Assembly (NCBI GenBank): GCA_050943435.1
Contig: JBMNPE010000001.1
Location: 30,315 to 94,314, forward strand
DNA from: Oscillospiraceae bacterium
GTDB lineage: Bacteria > Bacillota > Clostridia > Oscillospirales > Ruminococcaceae
Direction: 5' to 3'
DNA: 64,000 nt
Under the pieces are notes generated by a model. That model was not told the DNA's origin, searched no databases, and was given only the letters and a program-made list of their open reading frames with translations. Of this stretch, positions 28,016 to 37,771 are shown piece by piece (the first letter of the stretch is position 1; each line of letters starts with the position of its first letter). A program made the translations under genes and the position numbers.

Positions 28016-29767
28016 TCAGCCCCTGTCGAACTGCATGTCATAATACTTCTTGTATATGCCGTTTTTTGCTATGAGCTCTTCGTGGGTGCCGCGCTCTGCT
28101 ATGCCGTTCTCGTCGATGACTATTATCTCGTCGGCGTTTCTTATTGTTGATAGCCTGTGGGCAATAGTGATCGTAGTGCGGCCTTTGGCGAGCCTGTCGA
28201 GGCTCTTCTGGATGTGGAGCTCGCTCTCGTTGTCAAGAGAGCTTGTGGCCTCGTCGAGAATGAGCACGGGGGGATTCTTGAGGAAGACCCTCGCTATGGC
28301 AATCCTCTGCTTCTGTCCGCCTGACAGCCTCGTGCCGCGCTCGCCGACGCGCGTGTCGTACCCATCCGGCAGAGACATGATGAAGTCGTGTATATCTGCG
28401 GCCCTTGCAGCCTCGATGACCTCATCCCTTCCGGCGTCCGGCCTTCCGTAGAGAATATTTTCCATAACTGTCCCGTCGAACAGGTACACATCCTGCTGCA
28501 CAAGCCCTATGGCCTTCCTCAGGCTCTTCTGCGTGAGGCCCCTCACATCCCTGCCGTCTATCATGACGGAGCCGGATGTGACGTCGTAGAACCTTGGGAG
28601 CAGGGAGCAGAGAGTGGTCTTGCCACCTCCAGAGGGGCCGACGAGGGCAACAGACTTTCCGGCGTCTACATGGATATTTATGTGGCTCAGTACAGAAGAG
28701 CCCTCGTCATAGCTGAAGGACACGTCCCTGTAGTCAATGACTCCCTTTACGTCACTGAGCTCCTCCGCATCCGGGGAGTCCTGTATCTCCGGAACAGTTT
28801 CCATGATTTCCTCGAACCTGCTGAATGCGGACATTCCACGCTGCAGCATCTCAGTGAGCTCTATCAGCACGTCTATGGGGCCTATCAGCACATTGATATA
28901 GAGTGCATATATCGAGAGGTCGGAAGCCGCAAGGGAGCCTTTTGCTATGAAGATTCCTCCTCCGACCAGGAGGGCAGTGTACAGCATCCTCTCAAGAAAC
29001 AGGTTTGTGGAGGAGTAGTCGGCCATGCACCTGTACTTTTTCTTCTGTGAAACAAGGAATGCCTGGTTTCCGACGGAAAACTTTTCCTTTTCGAGCTCCT
29101 CGTTCCCGAACGACTTGACGACCCTTATGCCCGAAAGGGAGTCCTGGAGCCTCGCGTTGATATCGGATATCTTTTCGCGGTTTTCCCGGAATATTGCGGA
29201 CATCTTCCTGTACTTGTAAAAACTGAATACCGCCATGACGACAATTATGGCGAGAAGCACCAGTGTGAGCTGGACATTGATTGAGAAGAGCAGCGCAAGG
29301 GATCCTGCTATCTTGATGAAGGATATGAACAGGTTCTCCGGCCCGTGGTGAGCCATCTCCGTGATGTCGAAGAGATCTGAGATCAGCCTGCTCATGAGCT
29401 TCCCGGTGTTGTGCCTGTCGTAGTAGGAGAATGAGAGCCTCTCGTACTGGTCGAAGAGCTCTTCCCTCATTGTGCTCTCCATCCTGGCCCCGAGCATGTG
29501 GCCCTGGTATGTGACGAAATATCTGCACACCGTCTGAATGAGATAGAGGAACAGCAGGGCGAGGAAGAGCCTCATCATCTGGCTCATTATTGAATCCGGT
29601 GATCCTCCGAAGAGGTTCGCGGCGAGGTACCTTAACAGCCATGGGAAAACCAGGTCTATCGCACTCACGAGGAGCGCGCAGAACAGGTCTGCGAAGAATA
29701 CCACCCTGTAGGGCTTGTAGTATTTGACGAATTTTTTCAGAAGCTTCAAAAGGCACCTCCCAGACAC
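28016..29767 (-). CDS. ABC exporter, fused permease/ATPase (MsbA/multidrug type)
   Basis: 583 aa: six-TM N-terminal domain, then Walker A GPSGGGKTT, signature LSGGQKQR and Walker B ILILDEATSSLD. Confidence 0.9.
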   Translation of the reverse strand: MSGRCLLKLLKKFVKYYKPYRVVFFADLFCALLVSAIDLVFPWLLRYLAANLFGGSPDSIMSQMMRLFLALLFLYLIQTVCRYFVTYQGHMLGARMESTMREELFDQYERLSFSYYDRHNTGKLMSRLISDLFDITEMAHHGPENLFISFIKIAGSLALLFSINVQLTLVLLAIIVVMAVFSFYKYRKMSAIFRENREKISDINARLQDSLSGIRVVKSFGNEELEKEKFSVGNQAFLVSQKKKYRCMADYSSTNLFLERMLYTALLVGGGIFIAKGSLAASDLSIYALYINVLIGPIDVLIELTEMLQRGMSAFSRFEEIMETVPEIQDSPDAEELSDVKGVIDYRDVSFSYDEGSSVLSHINIHVDAGKSVALVGPSGGGKTTLCSLLPRFYDVTSGSVMIDGRDVRGLTQKSLRKAIGLVQQDVYLFDGTVMENILYGRPDAGRDEVIEAARAADIHDFIMSLPDGYDTRVGERGTRLSGGQKQRIAIARVFLKNPPVLILDEATSSLDNESELHIQKSLDRLAKGRTTITIAHRLSTIRNADEIIVIDENGIAERGTHEELIAKNGIYKKYYDMQFDRG

Positions 29768-29812
29768 TGGCTGCCGGCTGATTTCTATCTGCTGGAAAAG
29801 GGGATCCCGCCC

Positions 29813-30472
29813 TCAGTAGGACTCTATGTCCGCGAGGTCGCTCGACAGTTCCTCGAGATAATCCCTGTCCATTATCTTATAAGTTTTTCCATCTTTTGAA
29901 AGTGCTCCTGACTCGGTAAATCTCTTCATGAGGGTCTCGATATGGCGGTATGTGGCCCCGAGGGACGACGCCATCTGCGATTTCCTGACCCTGACAACCC
30001 CTGCATCCTCGTGCTCGAGCAGATAGAAGGCGAGGCGGTTCTTCATCGGGAGTGTTTCGGAACATATCAGCTTAACCCTGTTCTGGGTCTCCTTTTCCAT
30101 CGTCGTGAGGCACAGGTTCCTTAAAAATTCCGGGTCGCCGAGAAGCAGCTTCCTCGCCCGGTCCATCGGGTAGGAGATGAGCACGCAGTCCTCATCGGCC
30201 CTCACCGACATGTGTGCCGGCTTTTCCTCGAGCAGCTCCATTTCCCCGATCCAGCTCACGGGGAACACGTTTCTCAAAACTATGCTTCTCCCGCTTGCAA
30301 GCACCATGAATACGCTGCAGCTGCCCTTTTTGAGCAGAAACAGGCTTTCTGCCTCGCACGACTGGGTTATCAGCTCAGTGCCGGCTTTTACCCTGACAGC
30401 GCTGCCGATGCCGGCGAGGCTTTCAGGGACATATGCATCGATCCTGCTGGACATGACAAATAATCGCCTCAA
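29813..30472 (-). CDS. Crp/Fnr-family transcriptional regulator
   Basis: 219 aa with an N-terminal cNMP-binding-like beta-roll and a C-terminal HTH (SQMASSLGATYRHIETLMKRF). Confidence 0.8.
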   Translation of the reverse strand: MRRLFVMSSRIDAYVPESLAGIGSAVRVKAGTELITQSCEAESLFLLKKGSCSVFMVLASGRSIVLRNVFPVSWIGEMELLEEKPAHMSVRADEDCVLISYPMDRARKLLLGDPEFLRNLCLTTMEKETQNRVKLICSETLPMKNRLAFYLLEHEDAGVVRVRKSQMASSLGATYRHIETLMKRFTESGALSKDGKTYKIMDRDYLEELSSDLADIESY

Positions 30473-30544
30473 AATAGGAAATCGTTCCTATTTTACTCCT
30501 CTGATGCACTGTATACTACAGGCAGAAATAAAAATTCTTTAGAT

Positions 30545-31489
30545 ATGGGAGACAGAGAAATGGAAAAGAAAAAAGTTATTATCGACTGCGATACCGGGCA
30601 TGACGATGCAATAGCGATAATGCTCGCCGCGGGCTCAGAAGCCATCGACCTCATCGGGATTACCTGCGTCGCAGGAAATGCCGGCCTCGAGCACACCCTC
30701 CCCAACACGCTGAGCGTATGCCAGCACCTGGGCCTCGACATCCCTGTGTACGGCGGCTGCTCGGGACCTCTCGTAAGGGAGCAGATAATTGCAGGCGACG
30801 TCCACGGAAAGAGCGGGCTCGACGGGCCTGTCTTTGCACCTCTTGTCTACAAGGCACAGCCTGAGAACGCAGTCAACTTCCTCGTTGACACATTCATGGC
30901 CTCCGACGGCGACATCTATCTCTGCCCTGTGGGACCGCTCACAAACGTTGCAATGGCAATGAGGCTCCAGCCGGAAATCAAAAAGAAGATCAAGAGGATA
31001 GTCCTGATGGGCGGAGCAGTCGGGGCAGGAAACGCCTCCCCGGCAGCGGAGTTCAACATCCTTGCCGACCCCGAGGCCGCTCACATCGTATTCACTTCCG
31101 GAGTTCCTATAACGATGATGGGTCTAGACCTCACGAACCAGGCCCTCGCCACCCAGGAGATAATCGACAGGATGAGGGCCATAGGCAACAAGGCAGGAAA
31201 CCTCTTCGGGGACATTATGAGCTTCACGCTCAAATCCCAGGCAGTCAACGGGCTGTCCGCCGGGCCTGTACACGACGTGACCACTGTCGCATGGCTCATT
31301 GATCCCTCCATCTTCATCACGAAGGACATGTTCGTGGAAGTGGACATAAGCCACGGATCCAGCTACGGACGCACCAACTGCGACCAGAACAACAGGCTCG
31401 GGAAAAAGCCGAATGCCACTGTGGGACTCGGCCTCGACCTCGAGAGATTCTGGAACCTCGTGGAAGGCGCGCTCAGATATCTCAACTGA
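30545..31489 (+). CDS. Nucleoside hydrolase (IUNH family)
   Basis: Fingerprint VIIDCDTGHDDAIAI (DxDxxxDD). 314 aa. An alternative start is at 30560. Confidence 0.9.
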   Translation: MGDREMEKKKVIIDCDTGHDDAIAIMLAAGSEAIDLIGITCVAGNAGLEHTLPNTLSVCQHLGLDIPVYGGCSGPLVREQIIAGDVHGKSGLDGPVFAPLVYKAQPENAVNFLVDTFMASDGDIYLCPVGPLTNVAMAMRLQPEIKKKIKRIVLMGGAVGAGNASPAAEFNILADPEAAHIVFTSGVPITMMGLDLTNQALATQEIIDRMRAIGNKAGNLFGDIMSFTLKSQAVNGLSAGPVHDVTTVAWLIDPSIFITKDMFVEVDISHGSSYGRTNCDQNNRLGKKPNATVGLGLDLERFWNLVEGALRYLN

Positions 31490-31507
31490 ATGTCCGGACA
31501 TAAAACA

Positions 31508-31540
31508 ATCCAAGCAGGGAAAACCTGCTTGGATTTTTCT
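31508..31540 (+). terminator. Intrinsic terminator after the nucleoside hydrolase gene
   Basis: 11-bp stem ATCCAAGCAGG/CCTGCTTGGAT with loop GAAAA, followed by TTTTTCTTTC. Confidence 0.8.
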
Positions 31541-31593
31541 TTCTCAGCTTCTGACAAGTTTTTTCAATCAGGGAATTTCGGCATCAGGCCTTG

Positions 31594-32520
31594 TCAGAGT
31601 ATCGTCTGTCCTGTGAGCCAGCTCTCCTGCACGGCGTCATGCACTGTGTCCCCGGGGAGGCTTCCCCCGATGAGGAAGGGGGAGTCCGGGTCGTGCAGCT
31701 TCATATTTCGCCCCACAAGCTTCATGTCGTAGTTTGCGTAGCAGTACAGGCATCCGTGGCCGCACGTATTGTATGCCCCGATGTCGCAGCCTATGAGGCA
31801 GCGGCAGCCGGGTCTTCCGTAGGAGACGCCGGAAGGCACCCTCAGCTGTTCCCCAATGGCCCGCTCTATGACTTCCTTTGTCATGCAGCCCGAGCAGTCA
31901 AACCCGAACTGCTCGAGGTCAGTTCCCTCAAGACACGTGTACGGCTTCATCCCGCACTTTACAGCGGACTGTGCAAAGCTCCTTCCTATTTCGAGGCGCT
32001 CTTCAGGAGAAACCTCCCTGATGCCCGGAAAATTCCTCTTGGTCTTCTCATAGAGATCGACAAAGCTCACGACCACCGAGTGGGTATAACTCTTGAGGGC
32101 TTCACAGAGTTTCTCAAAGGCCTCTTTGTGATAACTGACTGTATATTTTCCTGTGATTATTACAGGATCGTATCTCCAGATGACTCGTTGAGGGGAGACG
32201 GCGAGAGAAAGCCTTCGGAAGGACCCGACGGATGCATCCAATCCCGGTACATGGGGCTCTATATCTGTTCCGTATGGCGTAATCGTCATGTACCATATCT
32301 GCCTGAAGGCCGAGAGCTCAGCCAGGTGCGGGATCATGGGGGCCGGGTCTTTGGTGCAGAACATGATGGCGTCCACAGTTTCGGGGTCGAACCTGTAGCG
32401 CGTCACCATGGATGGGTTGTAGGGGTTCCTTGAGAGTGCATATCCCTCGAGGACTCTGTTGAGGAACCATTTTGAATAGAAGGCTGGGATGTCAGTCCTC
32501 TGGCCCGTGTTGATTATCAT
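31594..32520 (-). CDS. DUF1848-family protein with a C-terminal Cys cluster (putative Fe-S enzyme)
   Basis: N-terminus MIINTGQRTDIPAFYSKWFLNRV is typical of DUF1848. Cys cluster GCRCLIGCDIGAYNTCGHGCLYCYAN. Start set at ATG 32520, which avoids overlap with the pepF stop. Confidence 0.75.
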   Translation of the reverse strand: MIINTGQRTDIPAFYSKWFLNRVLEGYALSRNPYNPSMVTRYRFDPETVDAIMFCTKDPAPMIPHLAELSAFRQIWYMTITPYGTDIEPHVPGLDASVGSFRRLSLAVSPQRVIWRYDPVIITGKYTVSYHKEAFEKLCEALKSYTHSVVVSFVDLYEKTKRNFPGIREVSPEERLEIGRSFAQSAVKCGMKPYTCLEGTDLEQFGFDCSGCMTKEVIERAIGEQLRVPSGVSYGRPGCRCLIGCDIGAYNTCGHGCLYCYANYDMKLVGRNMKLHDPDSPFLIGGSLPGDTVHDAVQESWLTGQTIL

Positions 32521-32530
32521 TTTTTCCTTT

Positions 32531-34330
32531 TCAGAATCCCAGCTTGTCGGCGCAGGCTTCTGCGTCATCCAGGACTTTCCCGAATTTTTCCAGTGCCTCG
32601 TCGATCGGCTTTGGAGTGGTGAGGTCTACGCCGGCGTGCCTGAGCTCGTCGAGAGGATACCTGCTGCCTCCCATGGAGAGAAACTCGAGATACGCCCTGC
32701 GGGCGGGTTCTCCTTCAGATAGAATCTTTGAAGACAGGGCGGCTGCGCTTGAATAGCCGGTGGCATACACGTATACGTAGAACGGGGAATAGAAGTGAGG
32801 TATCCTCGCCCATTCGTACTGCACTTCGTCGTCTATGACGAGGTCGCTGCCGAAATACTTCTTTATCAGTTCGAGATAAATGCCGTTGAATGATGCCGGG
32901 TCCAGAGATTCCCCATTTTCGGCCTTTGCGTGTGCCTGCTTCTCAAATTCGGCAAACATCGTCTGGCGGTATACTGTGCCCTTGAATCCCTCGAGATACT
33001 GGTTGAGGAGGGCAAGGCGCCTGGCCGGGTCGTCTTCCTTGGAAAGAAGCTGCTCAACGAGCAGGTTTTCATTCACCGTGGAGGCAATCTCTGCCACAAA
33101 CAGGGAATATCCGCTGTACTGGCGCGGCTGGGTGTGGGTGGCGAGCCACGTGTGCTGGCTGTGTCCCATTTCGTGAGCCAGCGTGGACACGCTGTCGAGA
33201 TTGCCGGTGAAGTTCATGAGGATGAACGGGTTGCTGTCATACGTCCCGGCTGAGAAAGCCCCGCTCCTCTTGCCCTTGTTGGGATAAACGTCGATCCAGT
33301 GCTCCTTGTATGCCTTTCTCACGCGCTCCACATATTCCTGACCGAGAGGGGAGACTGCCTCCGCAACGAGCTCCTGGGCCTGTTCATAAGAATACTTCTG
33401 TGCTGCCCCGGCGGAGAGAGGGGCATATACGTCGTAATAGTGCAGCTCGTCAACCCCTAGTATCCTCTTGCGCAGCCTAAGATAACGGTACATCTTGTCC
33501 ATATTCCTGTGGACGCTGTCGATCAGGTTGTCGTATACGGACACCGGAATGTTGTCTGCCGACATCGACATCTCCCTCGAGCTCGGATAGTGCCTGAGGT
33601 CTGCTTCCGCGACAGCAGTCTTGACAGCCCCCGCATAGGTGTTGGCAAATGTGTTTATATGCTCTTTATAAGATTTGTAGAAACTCTTGAAGCTGTTCCT
33701 GCGCAGAACGCGGTCGCTTGACATCTGGAGAGGAATATAGCCCGATTCCGTGACCTCGTGCTCAGTTCCGGTGCTGTCGAGGGCCGGCTCGAATGTGAGG
33801 TCCGCATCCCTCAGGGCGTCGGCCGTATTTCCGGGGGTTTCTAGAGCATCGGAGAGCTTGGCAATAACCATCTCTTCCCCTGCACTCAGGGTGTGTGGCT
33901 TCCTCCTGATGAGGTCTCTGAGCAGGAACTCGTAGTCAGCAAGCAGCGGGTCGGAAGCTATCTGGTCGAGTTTCTCTGAATCCAGGCTCAGGATCTCTGG
34001 CTCCGCAAAGGACATCTCGGCTTCCGCTCCGGCAAGCCACATCGAGACCCTCGAGTACATTGACTGCGACGTGCTGTCCCGCGTATCTTCGCTGTACCTG
34101 AGCACGGCATATTCGGCGAGGTTGCTGAACAGGCCGGACAGTGAAGTCCTGACGTCCAGGAACTTTTTTATTGAATCGGCATTGTCGAGCGTCCCTTTGA
34201 AGGAGGACACTTCTCCGACTCTCTTCTTTGCATCCTGGAACACCTTTTCCCATTCTTCGTCGCTGGAAAAAAGCGTTCCGAGATCCCACTTATAAGCTTT
34301 TTCGATTTCCGCTCTCTCTTTTACTGACAT
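32531..34330 (-). CDS. pepF: Oligoendopeptidase F (M3B)
   Basis: Zinc motif LAHEMGHSQH. About 599 aa from ATG 34330 (MSVKERAEIEKAYKWDL), preceded by GGAGG. Confidence 0.92.
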   Translation of the reverse strand: MSVKERAEIEKAYKWDLGTLFSSDEEWEKVFQDAKKRVGEVSSFKGTLDNADSIKKFLDVRTSLSGLFSNLAEYAVLRYSEDTRDSTSQSMYSRVSMWLAGAEAEMSFAEPEILSLDSEKLDQIASDPLLADYEFLLRDLIRRKPHTLSAGEEMVIAKLSDALETPGNTADALRDADLTFEPALDSTGTEHEVTESGYIPLQMSSDRVLRRNSFKSFYKSYKEHINTFANTYAGAVKTAVAEADLRHYPSSREMSMSADNIPVSVYDNLIDSVHRNMDKMYRYLRLRKRILGVDELHYYDVYAPLSAGAAQKYSYEQAQELVAEAVSPLGQEYVERVRKAYKEHWIDVYPNKGKRSGAFSAGTYDSNPFILMNFTGNLDSVSTLAHEMGHSQHTWLATHTQPRQYSGYSLFVAEIASTVNENLLVEQLLSKEDDPARRLALLNQYLEGFKGTVYRQTMFAEFEKQAHAKAENGESLDPASFNGIYLELIKKYFGSDLVIDDEVQYEWARIPHFYSPFYVYVYATGYSSAAALSSKILSEGEPARRAYLEFLSMGGSRYPLDELRHAGVDLTTPKPIDEALEKFGKVLDDAEACADKLGF

Positions 34331-34442
34331 AATGACCTCCGATAAGCAGCAGAATATTCTTTGTTTCGTATGATTATAGCATACGGAGATGCCCTTAAAT
34401 TTACCGATGGCGCACAAGAAACACATCCGCGTCTAAAATATG

Positions 34443-34470
34443 AAAAAAACCGGGCAGGAAGCTGCCCGGT
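34443..34470 (-). terminator. Intrinsic terminator after the cupin gene
   Basis: The minus strand reads ACCGGGCAG-CTTC-CTGCCCGGT followed by T7. Confidence 0.8.
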
Positions 34471-34492
34471 CTCTAAACCATTAGAAAAATTA

Positions 34493-34933
34493 TTACTCTT
34501 CGAGGCTGCTGTACTGCTCGTCTGAAACAGGTTCCAGCCACTCTGCTGATGCGTTTTTCCCTGGGACTGAAATGGCTATATGTGCAAACCAGCTGTCTTT
34601 CTTTGCACCGTGCCAGTGCTTGACACCTGCCGGGATGACGACCACCTTTCCGGGGACCAGCTCGACGGCGGGCTTGCCCTCCTCCTGGTACCATCCCTCT
34701 CCGGCAGTGCAGATGAGGATCTGGCCTCCTCCCTCGTCGGCATGGTGGATGTGCCAGTTGTTCCTGCAGCCAGGTTCGAAAGTCACATTGGCGAGGGAAA
34801 CCGTGGATTCGCCGGGAGCGGTGAGGGGATTGAGATACGACTGCCCGATGAAGTACTGCGCATAGGCATAATTTGGCTCCCCGAGGCCGAATGTGTTGAG
34901 CTTCTCAAATTCTTCTCTGTCTTTTATTTTCAT
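34493..34933 (-). CDS. Cupin-domain protein
   Basis: 146 aa with cupin motifs NNWHIHHADEGGGQIL and VIPAGVKHWHG. Confidence 0.85.
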   Translation of the reverse strand: MKIKDREEFEKLNTFGLGEPNYAYAQYFIGQSYLNPLTAPGESTVSLANVTFEPGCRNNWHIHHADEGGGQILICTAGEGWYQEEGKPAVELVPGKVVVIPAGVKHWHGAKKDSWFAHIAISVPGKNASAEWLEPVSDEQYSSLEE

Positions 34934-34972
34934 AGTAAATATCTCCTTTCATGAAATTCCGGACTTGTTGTC

Positions 34973-35299
34973 TCAGCCGGCATATACTTCCTTTGCAATT
35001 CCGAACACTGCCCATGCCTTAGGCCATCCTGCGTAGAAAGCCGTGTGGGTTATCACGGCAGCCATTTCCTCTTTGGTTACACCGTGATTTTTTGCATTCT
35101 GGATGTGGTACCTGATGGAATTGTCGGTTATTCCGGAAGCCATGAGCGCGACAACGGTGATGATGCATCTCGTCTTGATGTCGATGTCCTGGTTGTTCCA
35201 GTTTTCGCCGAACAGAATATCGTCGTTGTAATGGGCAAAATCCGGGGCAAAATCCCCGAGGCTCTGCCTTCCGGCAGTCTGCACGATCTTTTCCGCCAT
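34973..35299 (-). CDS. Carboxymuconolactone decarboxylase-family (CMD/AhpD-like) protein
   Basis: 108 aa. The conserved C-terminal block KNHGVTKEEMAAVITHTAFYAGWPKAW is typical of the CMD family. Confidence 0.8.
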   Translation of the reverse strand: MAEKIVQTAGRQSLGDFAPDFAHYNDDILFGENWNNQDIDIKTRCIITVVALMASGITDNSIRYHIQNAKNHGVTKEEMAAVITHTAFYAGWPKAWAVFGIAKEVYAG

Positions 35300-35463
35300 A
35301 GTTGGTTTCCTCCTGTATTGAAGTCATTGTCTAAATTAATTATCTTTCCGGATCCGGGCCCCATCAATGCCCAGAATGCTACACAGGGCGAATATGCCGC
35401 ACTTATTAGAAAGTGGATATTTTCTTCATCTGCCGCCTGCAGTTATCAAGGGGGCAGGGTAAA

Positions 35464-36330
35464 TTACTGAAAGACTGCCCTCAGTTCCCGGTACTTGGAT
35501 TTTCTGCAGGTTAGGTAGTACGTGACATTGACCTCGGGATCGGAAATCGGGACAGCCACACGCTTCCCGTCATTCCTGATCCTGTCTATGGTGATGTCGG
35601 TCGTGAAGCACGGGAGCACGGAATTTTCTATCAGCTCCTCAAATGTGTACCTTTCGCTCTGCACTAGGAAGCGGGAGTTCTTCATTCTGCTTTTTACAAT
35701 GTCTGCCCAGAACCCGATGTTTGAAAAGAGGAGAAAATTCTCGCCGTCCAGATCGGAAAGCGTGAGGGTCTTTTTCCCTGCCATCGGGTGGCCGGCAGGG
35801 AGATAGAACATCAGATGCTCCTCGCCTATGGCCTTTGCGTACAGGGGGCCATCATTTTTCTTCTGATTTTCACTTCTCTCGGGGGAAGTCGGGTCATATG
35901 GAAGAATTACCAGCTGATATGTGCCGTCCCTGAGGCCGTTTTCCAGATCCTGCGGCATGCCCGGTTCCAGGGATATGGCCTTATCCGGAAAAGCCCTTGA
36001 GATCCTGTCAATAAGGCCCGGGAGCTCCACGGCAGCCGAAGTCCCTATCGAAACAGTCCGGCTTGCCTTATCATGAGCGCGAACGCGCTCGATCATCTCA
36101 TCGGTCTGCTTTAAAAGGAGGGATATCTCCTGTGCTGCAAGTACGCCGTTTTCATTGAGGCTGATGCTGTTTTTGGTGCGGTTGAACAGGGGGATGCCGA
36201 ACACCTCTTCGGCATGCTTCATCGCCCTGGTGATGGTTGGCTGTGAGATGTTGTACTTTTCCGCTACTTCGGTCAAGGTTCCATATTTCGCAAAGGCTGC
36301 AAAATACTGAAGTTCTTCATATGTTAGCAT
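35464..36330 (-). CDS. LysR-family transcriptional regulator
   Basis: N-terminal wHTH (LQYFAAFAKYGTLTEVAEKYNISQPTITRAMKHAEE) plus a substrate-binding domain. Start set at ATG 36330 after GGGGA. Confidence 0.88.
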   Translation of the reverse strand: MLTYEELQYFAAFAKYGTLTEVAEKYNISQPTITRAMKHAEEVFGIPLFNRTKNSISLNENGVLAAQEISLLLKQTDEMIERVRAHDKASRTVSIGTSAAVELPGLIDRISRAFPDKAISLEPGMPQDLENGLRDGTYQLVILPYDPTSPERSENQKKNDGPLYAKAIGEEHLMFYLPAGHPMAGKKTLTLSDLDGENFLLFSNIGFWADIVKSRMKNSRFLVQSERYTFEELIENSVLPCFTTDITIDRIRNDGKRVAVPISDPEVNVTYYLTCRKSKYRELRAVFQ

Positions 36331-36509
36331 TCCATTATCCCCTGACTTATTACAGATGAGCATTCGGCAGTGTGCCCGAAGAATGCGTTTAGACTACATT
36401 TTTATTATACATTTAGATAGAGCAGGTATGCTGACATGATAAACCCCATGGATGACGAGGAATTGTCCGGTCTTCCATGGGGACAAACGCCTTTTATGTA
36501 AATAAAAGG

Positions 36510-36953
36510 TTACTTCATCAGATTTTTAGCCTGTTCCGCGGTAGTCGCCATTCCGCCCCAGGTGAACCCGTAGAGCTTTGCAAATCTTGACATTGTAAAT
36601 TCTGAAGCGTCCAGCATCCACTTTTCAGGCCCGGCTCCCTGATGCAGGAAATACAGGGTCTTTCCGCTCATGCTTCCGGACTGGACGGGACCGTAGAATC
36701 TGTCAAGAAGATTGCGCACGCTTCCGCAGATATTGTGCCAGTAGACAGGGGATCCTATTGCAATGACATCCGCCTCTTTGATTTTTTGAACAACTTCGTC
36801 AAACTGATCTCCCGGCAGTGTCTGACCGTATGAGTTGATGCGGTAATCAGTCAGGTTGAGAGTCTCATAGGGCTTGTCTCCGAACAGCTCCTTAGCAAGA
36901 TGTGCTGTGTTTCCATCCTTGTTCGGGCTCCCGTTGATGAAAAGTGCTTTCAT
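36510..36953 (-). CDS. Flavodoxin-like-fold NAD(P)H-dependent FMN reductase
   Basis: 147 aa from ATG 36953 (MKALFINGSPNKDGNT), preceded by AGGAGGA. The longer 202-aa ORF overlaps the upstream gene and is rejected. Confidence 0.8.
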   Translation of the reverse strand: MKALFINGSPNKDGNTAHLAKELFGDKPYETLNLTDYRINSYGQTLPGDQFDEVVQKIKEADVIAIGSPVYWHNICGSVRNLLDRFYGPVQSGSMSGKTLYFLHQGAGPEKWMLDASEFTMSRFAKLYGFTWGGMATTAEQAKNLMK

Positions 36954-36999
36954 ATCTATTCCTCCTGTTTGATTATTGAGCTGTTGTTGCTGTCTGCCA

Positions 37000-37566
37000 T
37001 CAGATTCCTGCAGCTGACTGGGCCCACTCCGTGACCTCTGAATCTTCCGGATGGGAAGCAAACCTGCGGCCTTCCTGCCAGTCCCCGGTTCCAGCCATTG
37101 AAGCGAGGTTCTCCGCACTCTCGCCGATTCCTGAAGAAGCGGATGTGCAGAATGGAATTACAGTCTTCCCGGTGAAGTCATTGTTCTGTACGAACTGATT
37201 GACAGGCCATGCTGCATTTCCCCACCAGATGGGATAACCGAAGAACACAATGTCGTAGGAATCCCAGTTTTCCACAGAAGTTTCAGTCAATTCGACCTGG
37301 TTCTGAAGGGCTTCGTCTTCGTGCTCCCTTGTCACGCGGCTGTCCTCATTGTTATAGTTGAGATCTTCGTCCGTATAAGGCTCTGCGGGAGTTATCTCGA
37401 ATATATCCGCGTCTGTCGCCTGGGCAATCGTTTCTGCGACTGCCTCTGTGTTTCCGGTTGCGGAAAAGTATACGACGAGAATATTGCCGGGGTCTGAATC
37501 TCCACATCCGGCAAAAAGCAACGTCATGAGCAGAATGCCTGCTATGAGTATTAAAGTCTTTTTCAT
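37000..37566 (-). CDS. Flavodoxin-like protein carrying a lipoprotein signal peptide (Flavodoxin_4-type)
   Basis: MKKTLILIAGILLMTLLFAGC lipobox, followed by ILVVYFSATGNTEAVAETIA and GYPIWWGNAAWPV flavodoxin blocks. Confidence 0.8.
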   Translation of the reverse strand: MKKTLILIAGILLMTLLFAGCGDSDPGNILVVYFSATGNTEAVAETIAQATDADIFEITPAEPYTDEDLNYNNEDSRVTREHEDEALQNQVELTETSVENWDSYDIVFFGYPIWWGNAAWPVNQFVQNNDFTGKTVIPFCTSASSGIGESAENLASMAGTGDWQEGRRFASHPEDSEVTEWAQSAAGI

Positions 37567-37771
37567 TGCCCTTCCCTTCTCCATCTGCAGTGCCCGGTTT
37601 AAAACCAGAGGTTCCGCATGATTTCAAAACATGCCATTATGATATGGCCGCGAAGCTTCCTTGTACATTATTAGATATGAAGAGCAGGTTTCAAATTCTG
37701 AAACCCGCAGGTGACACGCATTCAATGAAAAAATCTGATCCCCTGTTTCCAGAGCTGCAGTGCCATTCATG

